A DNA stretch of 61,762 bases, counting the filler, from Squatina squatina (taxonomy: Eukaryota): assembly GCA_031763465.1 (NCBI GenBank). It is 4 parts of 4 records of this genome, joined end to end, with 100 filler letters (N's around TTAATTAATTAA, not from the genome) between each part and the next. Parts side by side here need not be neighbours in the genome. Positions count along the whole stretch, not along the records: positions 47,910 to 61,762 come from JARFOE010000069.1; 3 more parts are not named here. One strand, given 5' to 3'. The notes under the pieces are model-generated. The model did no database searches and had not been told where the DNA came from. It saw only the letters and a list, made by a program, of their open reading frames with translations. Of the stretch, positions 50,913 through 61,762 are shown piece after piece (the first letter of the stretch is position 1; every line of letters starts with the position of its first letter). The translations under genes were made by a program, and so were the position numbers.

Positions 50913-51392
50913 CACCATACCTTCGGAAGGATATATTGGCCTTGGAGGGAGTGCAGTGTAGGTTTACTAGAATTATACCCGGATTCCAAGGGTTAAATTA
51001 CGAGAAGAGATTACACAAATTAGGGTTGTATTCCCTGGAATTTAGAAGGTTAAGGGGTGATCTGATCGAAGTTTCAAGGTATTAAGTGGAACAGATAGGG
51101 CAGAGAGAGAAAAATATTTCCCCTGGTTGGGGATTCTAGGACTAGGGGGCAGAGTCTAAAAGTTAGAGCCAGACCTTTCAAGAGTGAATTTAGAAAACAC
51201 TTATGTGCAGAAGTTTGGAATTCTCTTCCACAAACGACAATTGATTTTAAATTGAGATTGATAGCTTTTTGTTAACCAAGCACACTAGGGGATATGGACC
51301 AAAGGCAGTATATGGAGATAGGTCGCAGAGGAGCCATAACCTCGTTGAATGAGGGAACAGGCTCGAGGAGCTGAATGGCCCACTCCTGTTCC
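50913..51392 (+). mobile_element. CR1 LINE 3' end
   Basis: LEGVQCRFTRIIPG...LGLYSLEFRRLRGDLIE and the GGAGCTGAATGGCCCACTCCTGTTCC tail. Confidence 0.8.
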
Positions 51393-52435
51393 CATGTACC
51401 GCAACCGCAAAGACTACCACTCGCTGAATGTACACTTGGTGTGCAATCATGCTCAGCACATCATGATGGTGGATGCACGGTATCCTGACAGCAGTCATGA
51501 TGCTTTCATGTTGCACCAATCCGCTGTTCCCTCAGTCTTTGAGCCACCACGGCAAACCAGAGGGTGGCTACTGGGCCATGAGGACTATCCGCTGACCACC
51601 TGGCTCATGACTCCTCTCCGTAACCCAAGCACACATGTGGGCAGTATGCATACAATGAAAGCCATGCTGCCACATAGAATCTGATAGAGCAGACCATTGG
51701 CATCCTTAAACAACGCTTCCACTGCCTGGACTGAACTGGAGGTTGTGGTCTGCTGCATGCTCCACAACCTGGCCATCATGAGGGCACAGCACTTGCCACC
51801 AGTTGAGGAGGCAGAGGAAGCAGAAGAGAAGGAAGCGGAAGAGGAGGACGAAGAGGAGGAAGACGAAGCAGAAGAGGAGAAGGCGGAAGGGAGGAGGCAA
51901 CCCAGACATCCCCTTTCTGCCTGGACTATCCATGAGCGACTAATTCGACTCATGAGCACCTCATCCAACCAGTGAACGCAACCCCAATTTCCCATTCAAC
52001 AATAATCCCACACCTTATCTTCCCTCTGTTACTGATCATTACAGCGTCCTCTTGGGCACAATGCAGAAATAAAAGCCACCTCAAAAGAAATATTCCAATT
52101 CAACTTTATATATCAATCCACCTAGTATTACATAACAAAGTCAACTAATCAACTTTGTGCATTCCCTAGTGCCTGTCTTCTGTGTGCCTTTACCTGTCCT
52201 ATTGCTCCTACAAAGCGTGGGTAGCAGTGGCTGCTGGAAGGCTGCTGACTTTCAGTGGGTGACACTGTAGATGGCCTTGCAGGACAAACTCGAGCAGCTC
52301 TGGGCCTAGAATGCCTGGCTTCAGACAGCATCATCTCGTCATGGGTGGCAGCAGATTTGGCTTGTTGGCTGACAGGCAACAGCAAGGGCACTGGCGGAGT
52401 GGCAGTGATAGGAGGACAAATGCTGTCATCCTGAG
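51393..52435 (+). mobile_element. PIF/Harbinger transposase (HARBI1-like DDE) remnant with convergent ORF1 tail
   Basis: YRNRKDYHSLNVHLVC...VDARYPDSSHDAFML...GWLLG...WLMTP...IEQTIGILKQRF...CCMLHNLA, with frameshifts. Confidence 0.85.
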
Positions 52436-52661
52436 AGAGAAGCGAGAGGCAGCGGACCTGGGTGTAACAGCAGGAGGCCTGGCAGCAGTTTAAAACCAGT
52501 GGCAGAGCGAGCAGCAGTGAGAGAAGCAAGAGGCAGTGGACCTGGGTGTAACAGCAGGAGGCCTGGCAGCAGTTTAAAACCAGCGGCAGAGCGAGCAGCA
52601 GTGAGAGAAGCAAGAGGCAGTGGACCTGGGTGTAACAGCAGGAGGCCTGGCAGCAGTTTAA
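52434..52661 (+). repeat. 84-bp tandem repeat, about 2.7 copies
   Basis: GCAGAGCGAGCAGCAGTGAGAGAAGC recurs at 52502 and 52586. Confidence 0.9.
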
Positions 52662-52761
52662 NNNNNNNNNNNNNNNNNNNNNNNNNNNNNNNNNNNNNNN
52701 NNNNNNNNNNNNNNNNNNNNNNNNNNNNNNNNNNNNNNNNNNNNNNNNNNNNNNNNNNNNN

Positions 52762-52950
52762 AAACTTCTCCGCCTCTCCCTCCTCCTTTAAGACGCTCCT
52801 TAAAACTTATCTTTTTGACCAAGCTTTTGGTCACCTGCCCTGACATCTCGTTAAGTGGTTTGGTGTCAAATCTTGTTCCGGTAATGCTCCTGTAAAGCGG
52901 CTTGGGACGTTTTACTATGTTAAAAGCGCTATATAAATGCAAGTTGTTGT
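52762..52950 (+). mobile_element. L2 LINE 3' tail
   Basis: SSFKTLLKTYLFDQAF* and a CGCTATATAAATGCAAG(TTG)n end. Confidence 0.75.
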
Positions 52951-55009
52951 TGTCGTTGGTGATCTAATCGAAACTATTGATTGCAATACAAAAGTAAAAT
53001 AATGTAAATAGGCTATTCTGTGAATTATGAACTATTTATCCTGGCCTGATAAATAGGAAGTATTGATCTCTTTGTGAAGACTGGACAATTTTTGAAAGAA
53101 TCACTCTGCTTAACAGAGCTTATAGTGCCCCCTGATGTCTAATTCGCAAAAGTACTGATTATACATCCAGCACACAGGGCTGTTCAAAAAAACACTTTTT
53201 CAGAAGTATAATAATGGTAATTTTTAACTACAGTAGAAAAATAACCCTTACAGATCAAATTATAAATTTATTCACAGTGTCATCGGATAATATCAAGACT
53301 GTTACAGTACCCTTGTCTTTAATAATACATTCCCTCNNNNNNNNNNNNNNNNNNNNNNNNNNNNNNNNNNNNNNNNNNNNNNNNNNNNNNNNNNNNNNNN
53401 NNNNNNNNNNNNNNNNNNNNNNNNNNNNNNNNNNNNAACCTTAAAATTAGAGCCAGGCCGTTCAGGGGTGATGTCAGGAAGCATTTCTTCACACAAAGGG
53501 GAGTGGGAATCTGGAACTCTCTCCCCCAAAAATGCTGTGGATGCTGGGGGTCAATTGACAATTTCAAAACTGAGACTAATAGATTTTTGATGGGTCAGGG
53601 TGTTAAGGGTTATGGAACCAAGGCAGGTAGATGGACTTAAGACGCAGGTTAGCCACGATCGAGCAATAGCAGAACAGTGCTCCAGTTCCTATGTTACTCA
53701 CCCTCAACCTTTTGCCTCAGAGGCGAGAATACTACCACTGAACAAGGATGAATCACATGGGAAATTTCACCAATCCTGTGCTGGTTGTGGGGAGCCGTAC
53801 TCCAAGATGGTGAGAATGAGCGATAGGGCCGATTCTGCTTTTGAGTCTCGCTCCTCACTGCATGTGTGGGATGAGCACATTTATCCAACCACAGACACGA
53901 AAGGAGAATGCCACTTGAAGGGGAAAAAAAGCTTATGATTTTAAGCAGGAAAATTGTGCATTCAGACAGTCACGCAAAAATATTTTCATCCAGACAGCTG
54001 CTCATTCACTCAGTCACCCGCTCATTCACTCAGTCCTACTTTGAGCGTACAGTACAGAAACAGGCCATTCGGCCCGACTGGTCTGTGCTGGTGTTTCTGC
54101 TCCACACAAGCCTCCTCCCACCCCTNNNNNNNNNNNNNNNNNNNNNNNNNNNNNNNNNNNNNNNNNNNNNNNNNNNNNNNNNNNNNNNNNNNNNNNNNNN
54201 NNNNNNNNNNNNNNNNNNNNNNNNNGCAGAGAGGAATGTTCTTAAGACCAAGTGCCTCGTACAATAGCAGCTATCAAGTTCATCATTAATACAGTCTTGT
54301 TTACTCTTGGGAACTTTGTTGCAGTTTTTTCCCCCAATAGTGACTATTAAGAAATACAGAAGACTACGGCAAATAATCAAAGGTTTCACGAATTTTACAA
54401 ATAATTAGGAAAATTATTTTGGTTTCGCCTCTTTCCAAACACTGAAAATCTACAATTGTTTTTGTTTTAAATATTGAAAACACTGCTGATTTTAAAGAGT
54501 TTGCTTTTAAAGGGATTGAAAAGCTCCTAGGCTGCATTTACATGACAACTTAACAGCAAGGTTACAGATGTAGTCTAAACACAGCCTTATTTTCAACAGT
54601 TTTATACAATGTATTAAGTAATTTAACCGTAGTATTACTATTCAAAGCAAATATACAATCCTGAAAAATAGCTGGCTGAGACTAAATGAAAAGTTGGAGA
54701 GCAGGAAAAAAATGTGTCCAATGTTTGCTGCAGCACCATTTAATAGGACCAAGAAATTAGTGGGAAATGGTGGATCTTTCAGAGGTTTATTACAACAGGC
54801 AGAAGGTTACAGTGCCACTTCTGGAGCAAACAACAACAGACTTTACTGTTACAGTGTTGATTTCAGTGGGCTGGGTTGTTACAGTGTTACCATATTGCTG
54901 TCAAACAAACATTATCTGTCCTAAGGAAATCTGCTAGTTTTTAAATATATGTAATCCATTCATACACCTGTCTCCTACTAGTAAATAAAGATACATAATT
55001 CATTCTTAC

Positions 55010-55410
55010 AGTGTCAGCTATGGCTCAGTGGGTAGCACACTTGCTAGTCAGAAGATTGTGGTGTCAAGTACTAAGGGAGTGCTGCACTTTCAGAGGCGCA
55101 GCCTTTTGAATGAGAAGTTAAACTGAGGTCTTGTCTACTCTCTCAAGTGGATGTAAAAGATCCCATGGTGCTATTTCGAAGAAGAGCAGGTGAGTTAACC
55201 CTAGTGCCCTGTCCAATATTTATCCCTCAATCAACATAACAAAAAGAGATCATCTGGTTATTATCACATTACGATTTGTGGGAGCTTGCGGTGAGCAAAT
55301 TGGCTGCTGCGTTTCCCACATTGCAACAGTACTTCATTGGTTGTAAAGCGCTTGGAGACGTCCAGTGATCATGAAAGGTGCTACATAAATGCAAGTCTTT
55401 CTTTCTTTCA
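55010..55410 (+). mobile_element. tRNA-derived SINE (SacSINE1/DeuSINE-like), near full length
   Basis: TGGCTCAGTGGGTAGC A-box-like head, GATCCCATGGTGCTATTTCGAAGAAGAGCAGG core, and L2-like tail TAAATGCAAG(TCTT)n. Confidence 0.75.
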
Positions 55411-55524
55411 TACACCTGCCCCTCNNNNNNNNNNNNNNNNNNNNNNNNNNNNNNNNNNNNNNNNNNNNNNNNNNNNNNNNNNNNNNNNNNNNNNNNNNNN
55501 NNNNNNNNNNNNNNNNNNNNNNNN

Positions 55525-56069
55525 CGGGACGGGAGTGCGCTCCTGGGTGGAACTGGGGTGGCCGGCCTGGAATGTCGCTGAGGTGGCCTCAGGGCCACGC
55601 CAGATGTGACACTGGGCCATCCGGGACGCCGACGGCCGGGCCGCCAGCCTGGCACTCCAGTCGGCGTGCCAGGCGAGGGGATGGTGGCCCGATCCGGCCG
55701 AGGGCCGCCAGCATTCGGCCGACAACAGAGTCGGCTGATAAATAAAGATGGCGGTCGCAGGCGCACAGGCCCTCCCCTTTAAGAGTGCAGTTGTAGTGAC
55801 AGGTTTTGCTGTTGCTGCTACCGCCCGGCGCTGCGGCCATGTCCCAACTCGCGGGACGCAAACAGAGCGCAAACGGGGCACGGTGTCTTCAAGATGTCAC
55901 GTGCCGACCCGCCGTGGAATTCGCCCGGCCAGGCGTAAAGGCCTTTGCGCCCAAGTTGAATTCCCCGAGAGGCGAGATGGCTGCCTCCCAGCGCCATTTT
56001 TCCTGTTTTGCCCCATTAGCACACCTCGGAGGCACTAACGAGGCACAACAGGAGCTGGATTTCTAGCCC
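55525..56069. mobile_element. GC-rich Harbinger-type MITE, right end
   Basis: CpG-rich block ending GGATTTCTAGCCC followed by TTA. Confidence 0.55.
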
Positions 56070-56404
56070 TTAGTTCATATTTAAATGATTATTTTTTTCT
56101 CTACCAATTTTTCATCCTCTCCACCTATCATGAAGGCATTGCGTCCTTGCTTGAAGGATATTTTAACATGCATTGGGTGCCCTCTAGTACCCTGACCAAG
56201 TGGCGTTTTTCATGTTTCTTCAAGCTAAAACTTGACCTTCATCAGAATCAAGGAGGGCTCTGACCCCCATCATTAGGCACCCCCACCCAGTAACTGCAAT
56301 CACTCCTTCCATGGCTAATGCAACTGATGTAATAACTACTTAAAAAGAAAAGTTATATCAGCAGAAATCCTGAAAATGTGTAATTACATTACAACTGAGT
56401 GCAT

Positions 56405-56880
56405 TTTCTTCGTTATTTGTTCCTGGGATGTGGGCAAGGCCAGCATTTATTGCCCAACACCAGTTGCCCTTGAGAAGGTGGTGATGAGCCACCCTCTTGA
56501 ACCTCTGCAGTCCCTTGTGGTGATTCATATTTTGACTTTTCACAGAGGTTGTTTACAACTGAGTAGCTTGCTATGCCATTTCAGAGGGCAGATAAGAGTC
56601 AACCACATTGCTGTGGATCTGGAATCACATATAGGCCATACGAGGTAAGGATGGCAGATTCACTGACCTAAAGGACATTAGTGAACCAGATGGGTTTTTA
56701 CAACAATCTGATAGTTCCACAGTCACCATTACTGACAGTAACTTTTTTAATCCAGATTATTTAATTAACTGAATTTAAATTCCACAGCTGCTGTGGTGGG
56801 ATTTGAACTCGTGTGTTTGGATCAATAGTCCAAGCCTCTGGATTATTAGTCCCGTAACTTAACCACTACACTACCGAGTC
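56405..56880 (-). mobile_element. Bipartite non-autonomous element (tRNA head plus LINE 3' tail)
   Basis: Head matches the 48128-48430 family and tail matches 44720-44860. Confidence 0.7.
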
Positions 56881-56884
56881 CCCA

Positions 56885-57040
56885 TGTGCGTGTGTGTTTG
56901 TGTGTGCGCATGTGTGCATGTGTGAGTGTACATGTGTGTGGATGTGTGTGTGTGAGTGCATGCGGGCATGTGTGGGTGATGTATGCAGGCATGTGTGTGA
57001 GTGTGCGTGTGTGTGTGCGCACGTGTGTGTGTGCGTGCAT
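56885..57040. repeat. Degenerate (TG)n microsatellite
   Basis: Directly visible. Confidence 0.9.
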
Positions 57041-60000
57041 TCAGTTTTATTGTTGCTATTTATTTTATATTACAGTATTTTATGTTGGACACGTGATGTG
57101 TAACACAATGCAACAGTATACTGTACTTCTGAATAAGTAGGTGCCAGAACTAGAGCTAAAAGCTGCTGACAAGGTATGGCTAAATTACATTGCAAAACAA
57201 TGTTTAACAAAAACATAGAAGATGAAACTCCTTTTTTAATGAAAACTGGAAGAATACCCGATTTCTCAATAATTAATGACTAGCTAATGAAATCAGATTC
57301 ACAAAAATAGTGCATTTAACTGGGGCACATTTCAAAGCCACATGAGCCCACATTTTCATTTGTGGACTCGCGCTGTTACAGATCAAAAGAAGCATTTGTC
57401 CATTTTTCATTGAAAAGGAATTTCACCTCCTAAAATAAGTGATGAATAGGTGTGGGTTATAAAGCTGTTAGGATCTGGATAACATCATAAAACATAACAA
57501 CGAAGCTTGAACTATGTCCACAATCCTTTAAATCCGAACTGCATGTTGCAGCGTGGATTGAATTTCTGCATATGTTTTAATTTTTATTATTTTTCTAAGT
57601 TTTAGCACTGGTGTTTTTTGAATCACCATATTACCATCTCTGACTTATTTTGCCAAAAAGGCTTAAAATTACCTTCAATCACTCAAGTAATTCTGTAGCT
57701 GGTACCACAAAGAGCTTTTTGTTTAGAACTTTTAAAGAATATTTTATATAGTTGTGTAATCCACTATTTTAAAAAAAAATTTCCCCTTCCAATCTGAATG
57801 TGTCACTATGTGGCTCCTACTAGTTAAAAAGGTCGAGGTTAGAAATTAAAGATGGCTTGCTGGCGGTCTCCACAACATTTTACAAACCTACTCAAATAAT
57901 AAGCAGGAAAAAGCTACCACACATATAGCAACTGTGATACTCAATACCTTTTTATTAGCCCTTTCTTCTGTAATATTTTTAGCCTCGCATTTCTTCGAAC
58001 ACTGAATAAAACTTCCATATCTGCTCTATTTCGAAAGCTGCTCCAAATAACTTGGTTGCTTTTTGATACCACTCATTTCCCCATGACTCTTAACTTACTA
58101 TAAAACTCAAGTCCATCCCAGCTTGAATATTGTTCCTAGAACTGGAGAAGCTCATCTAACACCTCTCTTCATCTCCTGGACAGGATACAATAAAGAGTCA
58201 GCAATCTGACAAACTATCCTCTCTTGCCTCCAAGTACGTGTCTCCCAGTCGGAACCATTCTCATCTTCCACTATTTTATCAACCCAATTACAATTAGTGC
58301 TTTCCTATCTTATTCCGAGAACTTAAAAAAAAATTAAAACATTAAGATCCAAAGACACCCTTCCTCCTCCCTACATCCCCAATCAAGACAACACAAGCTC
58401 ATTCTTCCTCCTGAGTATTGGGACATTCCTTAATTCAGTCTTCCCTCACTCCTACAATCATCAGGTTTTTTTTTTAATTCAAGTTTGAAGTCAATAATCT
58501 TTATTCTCTGATGTGCCTTATCTTTTGTGTTATTTTCAATGAAATGCTTCAAGTTATATCAAGGAGATGATAGGTCCAGTCAAATATCAATGGATCTTTA
58601 ACTAAGGAGCTTGACGAGGTAGATGTTGGGAAGCTGTTTTCCCTGGCTGGGTCACAGACTCAAAGAGTGGGCCACTTAGAACTGAAATGAGGAGACATTT
58701 TTTTCACTCAGAGGGTGGTGAATCTTTGGAATTCTCTACCCCGGAGGGCTGTGGAGGCTCAGTTGATGAGCAGATTCAAGACAGAGATCNNNNNNNNNNC
58801 AGGAAGGTTAAGCTGAGGTAGAAGATCAGCTATGCCCTTATTGAATGGCAGAGCAGGCTCAAAAGGATCTACTCCTACTTCTTATATTCTTAAGTTGAAC
58901 TCATTCTAAAAAAAAATACTTGATTCCTGCTTTACATTAAAATCTGATTTTACATTTAGCTCTGGACCTCCTCCATCTGCCAGATCTTTCTAGGTATTCC
59001 CGTGTTTTTTTTTTAAAACCTCCCCACACAAGGGGTTTGACTTCGCCATCTTTTAGTATTTGCTATATAGGGCGGATCTTGCTTTGCCAATTTTCTTTCC
59101 TGAATGACTCTTGTTGGGAGTATGGTTCTATGGGCCCTGTAATACCACATGCATCTTTTCAGCCAAGACAGCAAATGTTGGTAGCCTCTTTAACTGCAGG
59201 AGGCATCATAGGCAAGCCTATTCCAGTTCTCATCCAAGTTTGCAAATGTGCAGTTTTTAGCAGGTTTCAATGGATGTTGAGCAGAAGTGTAACACAGGCT
59301 GTGGTTCTGCCTCCTTCTTAACACAGTGGCAGGGCAATAGCACCCCTAGTTTTTACTGGTTCTTCCTGGTGTTCAGCCTTAGAAATTTCAGCAAGTTAAC
59401 ATTGAGGTTGAGAATAGCTATGCAAGGTGTATGTGCCAGGAGCCTATAAGGCTAATACAGGCCTCAAGCAGTCAGTTTTATTATTCTAGATGTTCCATAC
59501 AGAACAAGTGTTCCTACGGCAATACATTCCTCACTGCTAACAGCCATACTTCACATCCAGAGGCACATTACAATGGAATGTGGAGGGTGGAGTAAGAAAA
59601 ACAAGAAACACCCGACCTCAGACACTCCCAGTCTGTTACCACATATCCAATAGCCAGTTTCACAGCAGCATTGGCAAAATCCTGGGAGCGCCCCCCATTA
59701 CGCTCTCAATCGAAACTCTGGAGCACAATTGCAGGGAGACGCGACTCCCAACCTGTGTGATGTGTTGTGGGCACCTGAAGCTTGAGAGCAGAGGGAGGCA
59801 GGACTGTGAAATCTGTATTCTTGTAATGGTCCAAGCTTGTTTAATTAAAAACAGGAGCCCGAGCCATTGGGACTTCAGAGAGTGCCGGGGGTGGGAGGAG
59901 GGAGAACACAGGAGCAGGTCCTACACAAATGCTTATATCACCACTAGCAATAAATATGAAAAAATGCATTTTTCTTTGGGGGTTTGACATTCCATCCTAA

Positions 60001-60764
60001 CCCGAGAGGTTACACTACTTTTTCACATGACCCTGCTTGAACCCAGGACCACATGCCCTCAACAGCAGTGCAACTGAGGTTTTCAACTTCTCTTCTGAAA
60101 CCTTGCAACAAGCACTCTGCAATTTCCTTTTGCTGAAGCACTGCACAGTGCAGCCCAGGGTAATTAAATCCAGATTTTCCATTCATCACTTCTGTTAAAT
60201 GTTCAGTATGTAATTTTTTTCTTATTACATATTTCTTTCTGCCATTTTAAGGCAAAAACACACCCAAGGAATCATGTTTACTGTCACAAATAGAGTACGG
60301 CAATATCTAATTAAATCAATTACCAGGGTTCTCCCCAGTGAATTCAGCCAAAATTGCTAAGGTAACTGGTGTAGATGGCAGTTTTTGATGGGGGAGGGGG
60401 ACATCCAACCGAGGTGATACACTATTACTCTTAAAAGCAGTTAGGAACCAACACTATACCGCAATCTTAAAAAGGCAAACTTTGCCACAGACGTGTCGCT
60501 TTCTGGGGCTCAGGTATTCTGGAGCTCAAGTAATCAAAGTTTAACATAAGAAACAGGAGCAAAAGTAGGCCGTTCGGCCCCTCGANNNNNNNNNNNNNNN
60601 NNNNNNNNNNNNNNNNNNNNNNNNNNNNNNNNNNNNNNNNNNNNNNNNNNNNNNNNNNNNNNNNNNNNNNNNNNNNNNNNNNNNNTTTGTTTTCTGATCT
60701 GGGACAAAGGTTCGGCACAACATCGTGGGCCGAAGGGCCTGTTATGTGCTGTATTTTCTATTAG

Positions 60765-61148
60765 AGGGTTGGCCTATGAGAAGAGATTGAGTAGATTGGG
60801 TCTATACTCTCTGGAGTTTAGAAAAATTAGAGGTGATCTCATTGAAACATATAAGATATTGAGGAAGATTGACAAGGTAGATGCTGAGAGGTTGTTTCCT
60901 CTGGTTGGAGAATCTAGATCTCGGGGGCATAGTCTCAGGACAAGTGGTCGGCCATTTAAGACTGAGATGAGGAGGAATTTCTTCACTTAGATGGTTGTGA
61001 ATCTTTGGAATTCTTGGCCCCAAAGGGCTGTGGATGCTGAGTCATTGAGTATATTCAAGGCTGAGAGATAGATTTTGGGCTCTAACGGAATCAAGCGATA
61101 TGGGGAACGGGTGGGAAAGCAGAGCTGAGGTCGAAGATCAGCCACAAA
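60765..61148 (+). mobile_element. CR1 LINE 3' end
   Basis: YEKRLSRLGLYSLEFRKIRGDLIETYKIL...RGHSLR...MRRNFFT. Confidence 0.85.
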
Positions 61149-61149
61149 C

Positions 61150-61762
61150 AGAGTTCAAAAAGTGAGGCCACGAATAAAAAGTGACGTCAGCACAAGGGAA
61201 GGAGCTGAGCTGGGTGAGTATTTTTACTTGCTAGTCTCAAGTTAATAGTTTATAGTTAATAGTCTGTAAAGTTAAAACATGACAGGGCAGCTCAGCCACA
61301 TGGAATATACATCCTGTGTGGGACGTCGTGGACACTTCTCATGTCCTAGATGACCGCATATGCAGGAAATGTCTCCAGTTGCAGCAATTTGAACTCCACA
61401 TTTCGGAGCTGGAGCTGCGGCTGGAGTCAATGTGGTACATCCACGAGGCTGAGATATATAGTGAGGTGGTCACACCCGCAGCTTAAGAGTGGGCAGGCAG
61501 AAAGCGAATGGGTGACTGCCAGACAGACTAAAAGAACTAGGCAGGTAGTGCAGGAGTCTCCTGAGACCATCTCGCTCATTAATCGGTTTTCCATATTGGA
61601 TACTGATGAGGGAGATGGTTCCTCAGGGGAGTGCAGCCAGAGCCAAGTCCGTGGCACTACGAGCGGCTCAGCTGCACAGGAGGCGAGGAAGAAAAGAGAG
61701 AGAGCAATAGTGATAGGGGATTCTATAGTTAGGGGAACAGACAGGAGTTTCTGCGGTCGCAG
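61150..61762 (+). mobile_element. CR1 LINE 5' UTR and ORF1 (zinc finger/leucine zipper plus SGNH esterase start)
   Basis: ICRKCLQLQQFELHISELELRLE...INRFSILD...AIVIGDSIVRGTDRSFCGR. Confidence 0.8.

Noticed and set aside
51393-51975. Domesticated HARBI1 gene
   Set aside because: It has stops and frameshifts, an altered catalytic region (LLGHED), truncation by a CR1, and a second decayed copy at 5340-5600, so it is a dead transposon.

Overview
Eukaryotic, elasmobranch (shark-like) genomic DNA. Four unrelated ~14-17 kb scaffold pieces are concatenated with artificial N44-TTAATTAATTAA-N44 linkers at 15354, 30350 and 47810, and each piece contains N-gaps of mostly ~100 nt. Piece 1 (1-15353) has the last FGF5 exon and one anterior-gradient (AGR3-like) exon. 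Piece 2 (15454-30349) is an IgW heavy-chain constant region with CH1, CH2, CH3, CH4 and CH5. It also carries two copies of the cysteine-rich short-form secretory-tail exon, one with a stop codon and frameshift and one intact, both too short for the ORF track. A gap-free junction shows an internal tandem duplication of the [tail-CH3-CH4] block, and 77-nt overlap signatures suggest the two CH3-CH4 copies are near-identical and collapsed in the assembly. Piece 3 (30450-47809) has TNIK, FNDC3B and TNFSF10 (TRAIL) exons in the human 3q26 order and orientation, a 2.1-kb 17-bp minisatellite and four zonadhesin-like VWD/TIL exons. Piece 4 (47910-61762) is mostly transposable elements: CR1, L2, Penelope, PIF/Harbinger, tRNA-derived SINEs and a tRNA-headed LINE. 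The most interesting system is the duplicated IgW tail/CH3-CH4 module, which would shift the short secretory isoform from 2 to 4 C domains and give an 8-domain long form. All gene identifications come from recalled protein similarity and were not checked by database search. Repeat boundaries are approximate.
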